Source: Bacteroidia bacterium
GTDB lineage: Bacteria; Bacteroidota; Bacteroidia; UKL13-3
Reading direction: 5' to 3'
Length of the DNA stretch: 64,000 nucleotides
Assembly (NCBI GenBank): GCA_021740845.1
Contig: JAIOYZ010000022.1
Coordinates: forward strand, 3,402 to 67,401
Below the pieces are notes generated by a model that saw only the letters and a program-made list of their open reading frames with translations, had not been told where the DNA came from and made no database searches. Position numbers and translations under genes: made by a program. Shown here in pieces: positions 51,132-60,480 of this stretch. Position 1 is the stretch's first letter; each line of letters begins with the position of its first letter.

Positions 51132-53654
51132 ATGACAGAACTGATTTACCTAATTCCTGCCCTTGGGGTAGTTGGCCTAATAGTAATGGCCGTAAAAAGT
51201 GCCTGGGTATCCAAGCAAGATGCAGGCGATGCCAAAATGCAAGAGTTAGCAGGATACATTGCAGATGGAGCTATGGCCTTTCTTAAAGCAGAATGGAAAG
51301 TACTTGGAATCTTTGTAACTTTTGCTGCAATTTTATTGGCTTATTCAGGTACCATTCATGAAATTAATGGTAAACCAATCCATTCTAGTTGGATTATTTC
51401 TATAGCCTTTGTTATTGGTGCAGTTTTCTCTGCAACAGCTGGTTATATTGGAATGAAAGTAGCTACTAAAGCAAATGTAAGAACCACACAAGCTGCTCGT
51501 ACAAGCTTAAAGCAAGCTTTAAAAGTATCGTTTACTGGTGGTACAGTAATGGGCTTAGGAGTTGCTGGTTTAGCAGTATTGGGTTTAGGTGGTTTGTTTA
51601 TTGTTTTCTTATCTGTATTTAGTGATTTAGGTGCTGATCAAGTTAAAACTGCAATTGAAGTTTTAACAGGTTTCTCATTAGGAGCTGAATCTATTGCTTT
51701 ATTTGCCCGTGTTGGTGGAGGTATTTATACCAAAGCTGCAGACGTTGGAGCAGATTTAGTAGGAAAAGTAGAAGCTGGAATTCCAGAAGATGATGTTAGA
51801 AACCCTGCAACTATTGCCGATAATGTTGGTGATAACGTAGGTGATGTTGCTGGTATGGGTGCCGATTTATTTGGTTCTTATGTGGCTACTATTTTAGCTA
51901 CAATGGTTTTGGGTCAAGAAATTAATGTTGTAGATAATTACAACGGAATGTCGCCAATCTTGTTACCTATGGTAATTTGTGGATTAGGTATATTATTCTC
52001 TATCGTAGGAACTTGGTTTGTTACCATTAAGGATGAAAAATCAAGTGTACAAAATGCATTGAACTTAGGAAATTGGGCATCTATGTTATTGACAGTAGCT
52101 GCATCTTATTTTGTAGTTGATATGTTATTACCAGAAACCTTGAATTTACGCGGATATGAATTTTCGAAAATTAGTGTATTCTATGCGATATTGGTAGGTA
52201 CTGCGGTTGGTGCAATTATGAGTATAGTAACTGAATATTATACTGCAATGGGTAAAGGTCCAGTTTTATCTATTATACAACAATCTTCAACTGGCCATGC
52301 TACCAATATTATTGGTGGTTTATCTGTAGGTATGAAATCAACAGTTATTCCTATTTTAACTTTGGCAGGTGGTATTATGCTTTCTTACCATTTTGCTGGT
52401 TTATATGGTGTGGCAATTGCTGCTGCAGGTATGATGGCAACAACTGCTATGCAATTAGCAATTGATGCATTTGGTCCTATTGCAGATAATGCTGGTGGTA
52501 TTGCAGAAATGAGTCAATTACCTCCTGAAGTTCGCGAGCGTACAGATAATTTGGATGCTGTTGGTAATACAACTGCTGCAACTGGAAAAGGATTTGCAAT
52601 TGCTTCTGCTGCATTAACTTCATTAGCTTTATTTGCTGCCTTTGTTGGTATTGCAGGTATTGATGCTATTGATATTTACAAAGCACCAGTTTTAGCTGGT
52701 TTGTTTGTGGGTGGTATGATTCCATTTATTTTCTCCGCATTGTGTATTCAAGCGGTTGGTAAAGCAGCAATGGATATGGTTCAAGAAGTTCGCAGACAAT
52801 TCCGCGAAATTCCTGGTATTATGGAATACAAAGCAAAACCTGAATATGAAAAATGTGTAGCTATTTCTACACAAGCTTCTATTCGCGAAATGTTATTGCC
52901 AGGAGCTATTGCTTTAATTACTCCAGTATTAGTAGGATTTACTTTTGGTCCTGAAGTATTAGGTGGATTATTAGCTGGTGTTACCGTTAGTGGTGTATTG
53001 ATGGGTATTTTCCAATCAAATGCTGGTGGTGCTTGGGATAATGCTAAGAAATCGTTTGAAAAAGGTGTGATGATTAATGGTGAAATGTTCTACAAAAAAT
53101 CTGAGCCACACAAAGCATCTGTAACAGGTGATACTGTTGGAGATCCTTTTAAAGATACTTCTGGTCCATCTATGAATATCTTAATTAAATTGATGTCAAT
53201 CGTTTCTTTGGTTATTGCTCCTTATATCGCTGTTGAAGGTGGTATGAAGGCTGATCAAGCTAAATTGATGATGATGGGAATGGATCACCACATGCAATGT
53301 GCAGATATGGGTGATTGCGGAATGGATATGGGTAAATGTGATATGAGCCTTTGCAAAACCATGACTAAAGACGAATGCGCAGCTCATTGCGATAGCGTTG
53401 GATGTTCTGCTGAAGAAAAAGAAGCTTGTATGGCGATGTATGGTGCAGATGGCAAATTTGACGAAGCTAAGTGCAAGGAAATGTGCAAAGGAAAAATGGC
53501 AGGTTCATGCATGGAAGGTTGCGATAAAGGATGCAAAACTGCTGAAGAATGCAAAACTACTTGTGGTGATGCATGTGTTAAATCACACCAAACTACAGAA
53601 AAAAAAGGTGCTTGTTGTGATGAAGAAAAAAGCAAATCAGAGTGTAAACACTAA
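51132..53654 (+). CDS. hppA: K+-dependent Na+/H+-translocating membrane pyrophosphatase with Cys/Met-rich C-terminal extension
   Basis: [35 protein letters not shown] (Ala indicates K+ dependence), [14 protein letters not shown]; start set at MTELIY after TATTTTTG at 51087. Confidence 0.96.
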   Translation: MTELIYLIPALGVVGLIVMAVKSAWVSKQDAGDAKMQELAGYIADGAMAFLKAEWKVLGIFVTFAAILLAYSGTIHEINGKPIHSSWIISIAFVIGAVFSATAGYIGMKVATKANVRTTQAARTSLKQALKVSFTGGTVMGLGVAGLAVLGLGGLFIVFLSVFSDLGADQVKTAIEVLTGFSLGAESIALFARVGGGIYTKAADVGADLVGKVEAGIPEDDVRNPATIADNVGDNVGDVAGMGADLFGSYVATILATMVLGQEINVVDNYNGMSPILLPMVICGLGILFSIVGTWFVTIKDEKSSVQNALNLGNWASMLLTVAASYFVVDMLLPETLNLRGYEFSKISVFYAILVGTAVGAIMSIVTEYYTAMGKGPVLSIIQQSSTGHATNIIGGLSVGMKSTVIPILTLAGGIMLSYHFAGLYGVAIAAAGMMATTAMQLAIDAFGPIADNAGGIAEMSQLPPEVRERTDNLDAVGNTTAATGKGFAIASAALTSLALFAAFVGIAGIDAIDIYKAPVLAGLFVGGMIPFIFSALCIQAVGKAAMDMVQEVRRQFREIPGIMEYKAKPEYEKCVAISTQASIREMLLPGAIALITPVLVGFTFGPEVLGGLLAGVTVSGVLMGIFQSNAGGAWDNAKKSFEKGVMINGEMFYKKSEPHKASVTGDTVGDPFKDTSGPSMNILIKLMSIVSLVIAPYIAVEGGMKADQAKLMMMGMDHHMQCADMGDCGMDMGKCDMSLCKTMTKDECAAHCDSVGCSAEEKEACMAMYGADGKFDEAKCKEMCKGKMAGSCMEGCDKGCKTAEECKTTCGDACVKSHQTTEKKGACCDEEKSKSECKH

Positions 53655-53677
53655 ATTGAAATAGAATTCATAAAATG

Positions 53678-53709
53678 AAAAAGCCAACTAATTTTAGTTG
53701 GCTTTTTTT
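53678..53709. terminator. Bidirectional intrinsic terminator
   Basis: AAAAAGCCAACTAA-tt-TTAGTTGGCTTTTT between convergent genes. Confidence 0.85.
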
Positions 53710-54367
53710 ATGCCTCAATTTTGGGTTGGCTTTTAAGAATGGCACCTAAAAAGATAATGTATAACCCAATATTCATTATCACATGACTAATATCTTTGTA
53801 ATTGAAATAGGTATGTAAGGAGAACTGCATGGTATGAACCAAGATAGACAAGGAACTAAACGCGAATCCGAATACTATCCACCCACTTCCCTTAATTCCT
53901 TTCTTATAGGTTTGAAAATGGGTAATAAGGGTAATTAATATGATTAAACCTGCATTTACTTTGATTAGTAGGAATTGATTAACACTTATAACCATTATAG
54001 CTAAAAGCAGGGTTACAATTGCAGAAGCAATGCTTAGTTTCTTTTTAGTGACTTCGTCCCATTTTGAAAGTTGAATATTTGCCTGCAAAAGGAAGTAGGA
54101 GGCAGGAATACTAGCTAGATTCATAAAAAGCCAGATATAATAAAACTCATTGGAACTAAAATGGTTTTTTAGGCCGTGGGTTAAAGCACCTACAAGTGTA
54201 GAAATTGCCATATATAGAAAGAAAAGTCTCCAATAGTATCCCAGTTTATGGTTTGAACCTAATTTGCTATAAAAATAGAAACAATAAATACTCATCACCA
54301 AATTGGTGAGAACAGTCATTGGCTCATTGATATTGAACTGAAATAAATTAAAACTTGTTTCCTGCAT
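53708..54367 (-). CDS. Seven-TM membrane protein (DUF6962-like)
   Basis: EPMTVLTN, GALTHG, FNYKDISH; hydrophobic helices. Confidence 0.7.
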   Translation of the reverse strand: MQETSFNLFQFNINEPMTVLTNLVMSIYCFYFYSKLGSNHKLGYYWRLFFLYMAISTLVGALTHGLKNHFSSNEFYYIWLFMNLASIPASYFLLQANIQLSKWDEVTKKKLSIASAIVTLLLAIMVISVNQFLLIKVNAGLIILITLITHFQTYKKGIKGSGWIVFGFAFSSLSILVHTMQFSLHTYFNYKDISHVIMNIGLYIIFLGAILKSQPKIEA

Positions 54368-54438
54368 AAACGATAATTTGCAAACCTATTGATTTTGAAG
54401 GAATCTTCTATGCAAGTGTGATAATTCTCGAAAAAATA

Positions 54439-55689
54439 CTATTCTAAATCGTACTGTTTTATTTTTCTATAAAGTGTCCTTTCTGAAATCCCCAATTCTT
54501 GAGCAGCTTTTTTTCTTTTGCCATTATGCTTTTTCAAAGATTTTCTAATGAGTTCAATTTCTTTATGTTCTAAACTCAATGATTCTGGTTCTGCGCTGGC
54601 TTCTGTAATATCTATAATATTAGAATTTGGGTGATTAGAATTGGTGTGATTAGAGGGGTTACTTGGAATGGATACAAATCCTGAAGGTTTACTAGGAATT
54701 GGGGCTTCTTCTCTCACAAAACTATTGGTAAAATTTGCCATTTGTTCAGCGCTATGGTTTCCTTGGTTCCCTTGCATCATATCAAATACGATGGTTTTTA
54801 GGTCGCTCAAATCCTTTCTCAGGTCGAATAATACCTTGTAAAAAATATCGCGTTCACTAAAATGTTGTTCTGGTGGATTATTACCTATAAGCATTGGTAA
54901 ACCGGGTTTTTCTGGAGGCAATACTCTAGAAAGTTCTGGTCCATTTACGATCTTATCTTCATCCAAAACAGAAAGTTGTTCTGCAATATTTTTTAGTTGT
55001 CTGATATTTCCTGGCCAGCTAAAATGTTGTAGGATGTTTAGTGCTTCTGGCTCAAGTGTAACAGGTTTAGAACGGTATTTTTCGGCAAAATCGGCGCTAA
55101 ATTTTCTAAATAATAAATGGATATCTTCTTTTCTATCTCTTAGGGCAGGAACCTTAATTGGTACGGTAGAAAGTCTGTAATACAAATCTTCTCTAAACTT
55201 GCCTTTGTAAGAGAGTTCCATTAGGTCTTTGTTGGTTGCAGCTACAATTCTTACATCTGTTTTTTGCACCTTACTTGATCCAACTTTTATGAATTCACCA
55301 CTTTCGAGAATTCTTAATAATCTAGCTTGAGTTTCTAAAGGAAGTTCACCAATTTCATCCAAAAAAATTGTGCCACCACTAACTGTTTCAAAATAACCTT
55401 TTCGTGTATCATGTGCACCAGTGAAAGATCCTTTTTCATGACCAAAAAGCTCGCTATCAATGGTGCCTTCTGGAATTGCACCACAATTAACTGCAATAAA
55501 TGGTCCGTGTTTACGATTGCTTAGGGAGTGAATAATTTTTGAAAAAGCTTCTTTTCCTACACCACTTTCACCATTGATTAAAACAGTAATATCGGTAGCA
55601 GAAACTTTAACTGCTGTTTCAAGGGCAATATTCAATAGGGGAGAGTTTCCTATTATTTCAAATCGTTGTTTAATGTCTTGTAAATTCAT
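54439..55689 (-). CDS. Sigma-54-interacting AAA+ transcriptional regulator, Fis HTH, no receiver domain
   Basis: GESGVGKE, SELFGHEKGSFTGA, FLDEIGE, WPGNIRQL, LGISERTLYRK; start set at MNLQDIK. Confidence 0.93.
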   Translation of the reverse strand: MNLQDIKQRFEIIGNSPLLNIALETAVKVSATDITVLINGESGVGKEAFSKIIHSLSNRKHGPFIAVNCGAIPEGTIDSELFGHEKGSFTGAHDTRKGYFETVSGGTIFLDEIGELPLETQARLLRILESGEFIKVGSSKVQKTDVRIVAATNKDLMELSYKGKFREDLYYRLSTVPIKVPALRDRKEDIHLLFRKFSADFAEKYRSKPVTLEPEALNILQHFSWPGNIRQLKNIAEQLSVLDEDKIVNGPELSRVLPPEKPGLPMLIGNNPPEQHFSERDIFYKVLFDLRKDLSDLKTIVFDMMQGNQGNHSAEQMANFTNSFVREEAPIPSKPSGFVSIPSNPSNHTNSNHPNSNIIDITEASAEPESLSLEHKEIELIRKSLKKHNGKRKKAAQELGISERTLYRKIKQYDLE

Positions 55690-55690
55690 G

Positions 55691-56986
55691 TTAATATAAT
55701 TCTCTATTTGCGATAATTGGAATTCCAATTAATCCATTTCTTATTTCGTAAACTACACCGTTAAAAAAGTGTTTTGGGTTAGTTGGGATTGTTTCAAAAC
55801 GCACAAATTTCCTTGCCGAAGGGGCATCCTCTAAAAAGCCATCGCTGTAGTTAAAAGTAACCTCAAATGTTGAAATCTGGTTGCTGTATTGATCTATTTT
55901 AGTGAACCCAATTATCTCGTGTTTGGTTTGCTTGGCTGTAAATCCATAACCATAGATTTGGTTCAAAAATAAAATGCCTGTTATTAAACATGGGCCATAG
56001 CCAAATATTCCATTTAAAACCAATAGCCAAGATTGTTTAAATAGGCCTAATTTTTTGAATTTCTTAAATAAAACTGCACTCAAAAAAAGGCCAGTTAAAA
56101 CCATTATCAAAACAAGGAAAATTGGATTGATCATATACTTATGGATTATAAAGTAAATGACCATGGGGCAGGCAGTGATGCCAAAAAAGGAAAAATTATA
56201 TAGCCAATGCCATTCTTTGTATTTGTAATGAATGGGAATTGAATTGGGGATTTCTACTAGTACATTTGATTTGCTTAATTTTTCTTTGTCAACCTTATAA
56301 TCCTCCGTAATATTTAAAGGATCTTGGTTCAGCAAAACACATAAATGAGCATAGGAGGTGGGAAGTTCTTTTTTGAAAATTGAGGGTTTTTCAAAAAACA
56401 TTTCTACACATTTAGTAAAAATATCATTTAAATCCTCCATCTCTTCGTCTAGGTTATGAGAATTTTCACTTCTTGATTTAAATGCACATTCTTTTTTTAT
56501 TATTTCGAACCAGGTATCTAAGTAACTACCAAATTTGAGGTCAAATTTTCTGCCATTGAGAACGGTTCTTACTAAGGCCAATGCGTATTGAGCGAAGCTT
56601 ACATTTTTGCCATCTTTTGGACTTAAATGATCCTTTGCAAAATCTTGCCACGAAAGCGCGATTATCTTAGAATTATAGGTAGATCCGGTAACTGCCTCAC
56701 TGGAATTTTTTATTGCAAAAGCTTCAGGATAAAGGTAAATATATTCATATCCATATAGCCAATATTCTTTTAATCCGAAGGTAAGTTGAACCAAATTTGA
56801 AACCACCAAAATTCGAATTTCATCGGTCATTTCCAAACCGTTTTTTCCTATAATTTTTACGTTATGGAAAATAGAATTTACCCTGTCGAGAAAACGATTT
56901 TTGCCCTCAATGCTAAGTTCCCTATAATACAAATGGTATTTGTATAGAAAGGGATCCCAAATGCTATGGAACAATTCTGATTTCAT
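55691..56986 (-). CDS. MtfA/M90 peptidase-like domain (degenerate) fused to a C-terminal membrane domain
   Basis: VQLTFGL, IYLYPEAF, IALSWQDF, DGKNV, EMFFEKP, LLNQDP; HEXXH absent; about 3 TMs. Confidence 0.7.
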   Translation of the reverse strand: MKSELFHSIWDPFLYKYHLYYRELSIEGKNRFLDRVNSIFHNVKIIGKNGLEMTDEIRILVVSNLVQLTFGLKEYWLYGYEYIYLYPEAFAIKNSSEAVTGSTYNSKIIALSWQDFAKDHLSPKDGKNVSFAQYALALVRTVLNGRKFDLKFGSYLDTWFEIIKKECAFKSRSENSHNLDEEMEDLNDIFTKCVEMFFEKPSIFKKELPTSYAHLCVLLNQDPLNITEDYKVDKEKLSKSNVLVEIPNSIPIHYKYKEWHWLYNFSFFGITACPMVIYFIIHKYMINPIFLVLIMVLTGLFLSAVLFKKFKKLGLFKQSWLLVLNGIFGYGPCLITGILFLNQIYGYGFTAKQTKHEIIGFTKIDQYSNQISTFEVTFNYSDGFLEDAPSARKFVRFETIPTNPKHFFNGVVYEIRNGLIGIPIIANRELY

Positions 56987-56992
56987 TAATTT

Positions 56993-58375
56993 TTATGGGT
57001 GCGGCACTTTTTCTATGGCTTTTCCTATAAGGCTAGTTTGGGTAGTCTTTTCAATTTTAACTCTAACGTAATCGCCCCTTTCAAAATTTTCTTTAGGGAA
57101 AATAACTATTGTATTAAATTCATTTCTACCTCTAAAATCTTGATCGGAACGTTTAGATAATCCTTCAACTAGCACAGTATGAATTTCACCTTCTTGGCTT
57201 CGGTTCAAACCAACACTTATTTCTTGTTGCGCGCTTATGATTTCTTGAAGTCTTCTTTTCTTATCTTCTAAATTTACATCATCTGCATGTCTTCTAGCAG
57301 CAAGTGTTCCAGGCCTTTCGCTATAAAAATACATATATGCAAAATGGAATCTAGCATACTTGATAAACTCTAATGTGTCTTTATGTTCCTCTTCCGTTTC
57401 TGTACAAAAGCCCGAAATGGTATCGGTAGAAAGGGCACAGTTGGGCAAAACCTCTCTAATTTTTGCCAAACGTTTTTTAAGCCATTCTTGGTCGTAGGTT
57501 CTATTCATTAATGAAAGAACTCTATCGTTACCCGACTGAATAGGGAAATGAATATGATTACAGATATTGCTATATTTTTTCATGGTATAGAGCACCTCAT
57601 CTGTAATGTCTTTTGGGTGTGAGCTACTAAATCTAACTCTTAAATCTGTAGCAATTTGGGCAACTTGTTCTAGTAGTTGGGCAAAATTACTTTGGATGTT
57701 TCCGTTTTCATCCAATTCTTTATAGGAATCTACGTTTTGACCCAATAAAGTTACTTCTTTATAACCAGCATTGTAAAGCTCTTGAGCCTCGTTAACAATG
57801 GATTTGACATCTCTGCTACGCTCTCTGCCTCTTGTAAAAGGAACTACACAAAAAGAGCACATATTATCGCAACCACGCATGATGCTGATAAATGCAGTTA
57901 CGCCATTGGAACTTAAACGAACTGGAGTGATTTCTGCATAAGTTTCTTCTCTAGAAAGCAAGACATTTACTGCTTTTTGGCCCTCTTCAACTTGCTTTAT
58001 TAATTGAGGAATATCTCTGTAAGCATCAGGACCAACAACGATATCTATGATTTGTTCTTTTTCTAAAAGTTGTGCTTTTAAACGCTCAGCCATGCAACCC
58101 AAAACGCCAATAATCATCCCCGGATTTTTGCGTTTATAAGGCCTCATTTCTTTTAATCTTCCCCAAACATGCGATTCTGCATTGTCTCTGATGGCGCAAG
58201 TGTTTACAAATATCACATCCGCATCGTCCATATTCTGCGTTGTTTTGAAACCTTTATCTGCCATAATGGAGGCAACCACTTCACTATCTGCTAGGTTCAT
58301 AGCACAGCCATATGTTTCTATATATAAGTTTCTAGTTGCTTGTTCTGATATTATATGAGAAGTAACTCCTTTCAT
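56993..58375 (-). CDS. miaB: tRNA-2-methylthio-N6-dimethylallyladenosine synthase
   Basis: [38 protein letters not shown] domain. Confidence 0.97.
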   Translation of the reverse strand: MKGVTSHIISEQATRNLYIETYGCAMNLADSEVVASIMADKGFKTTQNMDDADVIFVNTCAIRDNAESHVWGRLKEMRPYKRKNPGMIIGVLGCMAERLKAQLLEKEQIIDIVVGPDAYRDIPQLIKQVEEGQKAVNVLLSREETYAEITPVRLSSNGVTAFISIMRGCDNMCSFCVVPFTRGRERSRDVKSIVNEAQELYNAGYKEVTLLGQNVDSYKELDENGNIQSNFAQLLEQVAQIATDLRVRFSSSHPKDITDEVLYTMKKYSNICNHIHFPIQSGNDRVLSLMNRTYDQEWLKKRLAKIREVLPNCALSTDTISGFCTETEEEHKDTLEFIKYARFHFAYMYFYSERPGTLAARRHADDVNLEDKKRRLQEIISAQQEISVGLNRSQEGEIHTVLVEGLSKRSDQDFRGRNEFNTIVIFPKENFERGDYVRVKIEKTTQTSLIGKAIEKVPHP

Positions 58376-58528
58376 TTATCTCCTTTTTTTGGAGCTGCGA
58401 ATATAATCAATTTTATGACAGACTGGCAGGTTAATTGTAAAAAACCAATTTCATTTTGTAGGCAATTCTAAGCAAGGTATTTATGCCAATAAGCAAGGTT
58501 TGGTTGTTACTTGTTTTAATAATAATTT

Positions 58529-58609
58529 TTCGGTTTGAACCTAAAAATGCAGAAAATAGGATTTATTTAAGCATGAATTTTTCTTTACTGGCGCTTGGTT
58601 CAAACCGAA
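58529..58609. repeat. Inverted pair of motif copies in the divergent miaB/rmlD intergenic region
   Basis: TTCGGTTTGAACCTA 58529-58543 and TTGGTTCAAACCGAA 58595-58609. Confidence 0.85.
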
Positions 58610-58701
58610 ACTTTTTTGATAGATACAAATAAATAGATGAATTAACACAACTGAAATCGGTTCTTTTTATGGATATTGCAGCACCATTTTACAGATTTAT
58701 T

Positions 58702-59607
58702 ATGAAAGTATTAATTACAGGTAGCAATGGCCTTTTGGGTCAAAAATTAATTGAGTTATACCAAAGCAAAACGGAACATACCTTAATTGCTAGTGCAAGA
58801 GGTGAAGACCGATTTACCAACAAGGTGGGTTATGTTTATGAAAGTTTAGATATAACAAATGAATTGGAGGTTGAGCGAATAATTGAAAAGCACCAGCCGG
58901 ATGCTGTAATTAATACGGCTGCAATGACTAATGTGGATGCTTGTGAAAGCGAGCAGGAGGCTTGTGATAAATTAAATGTAGATGCTGTATCTTATTTGGT
59001 AAAAGCATGCAATAAACACAAAGCACATTTTATCCATGTTTCCACAGATTTTATTTTTGATGGAACTCATGGTCCAATAGATGAAACAGAAAAGCCTAAT
59101 CCATTAAGCTATTATGGACATTCTAAATTAAAAGCTGAGCAAGTGGTGATGGAACAATCTAATAGTTGGGCAATTGCAAGAACTGTTTTAGTGTTTGGAA
59201 TTGTGAGTGATATGAGTAGAAGTAATATTGTTTTGTGGGCAAAAGGAGCATTGGAAAGTGGGAAGGCAATTAATGTGGTTTCTGATCAATTTAGAACCCC
59301 AACTTTGGCAGAAGATTTAGCTATAGGTTGTTCCTTAATAGCGGAGAAAAAAGCAACTGGAATTTATAATATTTCTGGGTCGGATTTTATGAGTGTTTTT
59401 GATTTGGTTTATCGAGTGGCTGATTTCTGGAAATTGGATAAATCGTTAATGACTATTTCTACGAGTGAAGGAATAAAGCAACCAGCGAAAAGACCACCTA
59501 TTACTGGTTTTAGACTTGATAAGGCAAGAAAAGAATTGGGATATAATCCAAGAAGTTTTGAACAAGGTTTGGCCATTTTGAACGAACAATTAAATATACA
59601 AAAATGA
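58702..59607 (+). CDS. rmlD: dTDP-4-dehydrorhamnose reductase family (RmlD-like)
   Basis: ITGSNGLLG, AAMTNVDACE, STDFIFDG, YGHSK, DQFRTPT, AKRP. Confidence 0.82.
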   Translation: MKVLITGSNGLLGQKLIELYQSKTEHTLIASARGEDRFTNKVGYVYESLDITNELEVERIIEKHQPDAVINTAAMTNVDACESEQEACDKLNVDAVSYLVKACNKHKAHFIHVSTDFIFDGTHGPIDETEKPNPLSYYGHSKLKAEQVVMEQSNSWAIARTVLVFGIVSDMSRSNIVLWAKGALESGKAINVVSDQFRTPTLAEDLAIGCSLIAEKKATGIYNISGSDFMSVFDLVYRVADFWKLDKSLMTISTSEGIKQPAKRPPITGFRLDKARKELGYNPRSFEQGLAILNEQLNIQK

Positions 59608-59765
59608 GATTTATTTTATTAAAAGAACCTGAAGCAGCAGGATTTGTTTTTTGGTTTTTAACGGAGTTGTTTTTTGCGGGAGTGGTGGTGTTTTTATTGT
59701 ACTATTTTTTTATAAAGAATCCAAAAATAAATAAAACTCCAAGGAGAGATGAAGAAGAGGATTAA
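59604..59765 (+). CDS. Small single-pass membrane protein (53 aa), absent from the ORF track
   Basis: MRFILLKEPEAAGFVFWFLTELFFAGVVVFLLYYFFIKNPKINKTPRRDEEED; ATGA overlap with the rmlD stop. Confidence 0.65.
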   Translation: MRFILLKEPEAAGFVFWFLTELFFAGVVVFLLYYFFIKNPKINKTPRRDEEED

Positions 59766-60480
59766 TTATTTTATTAAGACTTATTTTTATTTTAATAATC
59801 AGGAGAAAAAGGGAGTTTTTTCTCTCCTGATTTTAATTGTCGTTTTTCAAATTTTGGCACTATTATTTAATCCATTTTTTGAGCCTAAAAAACAGCTTGT
59901 AGAAGCAACTGTTTTAAATGATTTTTTAGTTTCAAATGCTATTCAAAATTCAAACGATTTTTCTAAAGATTTTCAGTTTAAAAAAGCCACGTTTGCAAAG
60001 CAAGATTTTGAGAAAAATAATACCTTTAAATCCTATAGTAAGGATTCATCTTATTCCTCTAAAAAGGTGTTTGTAAAATTGCCTTTAGAAATGAATTCAT
60101 GTGATAGTGCTTCCTTAGTTTACTTGCCTAAAATTGGACCAGCATTGGCAAGCAGAATTATTAATTATCGCAATAGATTGGGCGGTTTTTATAACTTAGA
60201 GCAATTATGCGAAATTTATGGTTTTAAAGAAGATTTTTTGTATGATTTAGAAGGTAAGATTTGGATAGATAAAACTCTAGTAAAACCAATTTTGCTAAAC
60301 ACAATTTCATTAACAGAATTAAAAACACATCCTTATTTTAAATATACACTTTCTCAAGCAGTAATTAACTATAGAAAACAACATGGAGTTTTTGTTGAAA
60401 TGGAGGATTTGAAAAAAATAAAATTAGTGAACGATTCTATTTATAATTTGATATCACCTTATTGTTTTATAAACAAATAA
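59749..60480 (+). CDS. ComEA-like helix-hairpin-helix DNA-binding protein, membrane anchored
   Basis: N-terminal TM; LEMNSCDSASLVYLPKIGPALASRIINYRNRLGGF and a second HhH (INYRKQHGVF). Confidence 0.88.
   Translation: MKKRINYFIKTYFYFNNQEKKGVFSLLILIVVFQILALLFNPFFEPKKQLVEATVLNDFLVSNAIQNSNDFSKDFQFKKATFAKQDFEKNNTFKSYSKDSSYSSKKVFVKLPLEMNSCDSASLVYLPKIGPALASRIINYRNRLGGFYNLEQLCEIYGFKEDFLYDLEGKIWIDKTLVKPILLNTISLTELKTHPYFKYTLSQAVINYRKQHGVFVEMEDLKKIKLVNDSIYNLISPYCFINK

Noticed and set aside
53384-53664. Alternative-frame and antisense ORFs over the hppA tail
   Set aside because: By-products of the low-complexity tail; the hppA frame is continuous to a stop followed by a terminator.
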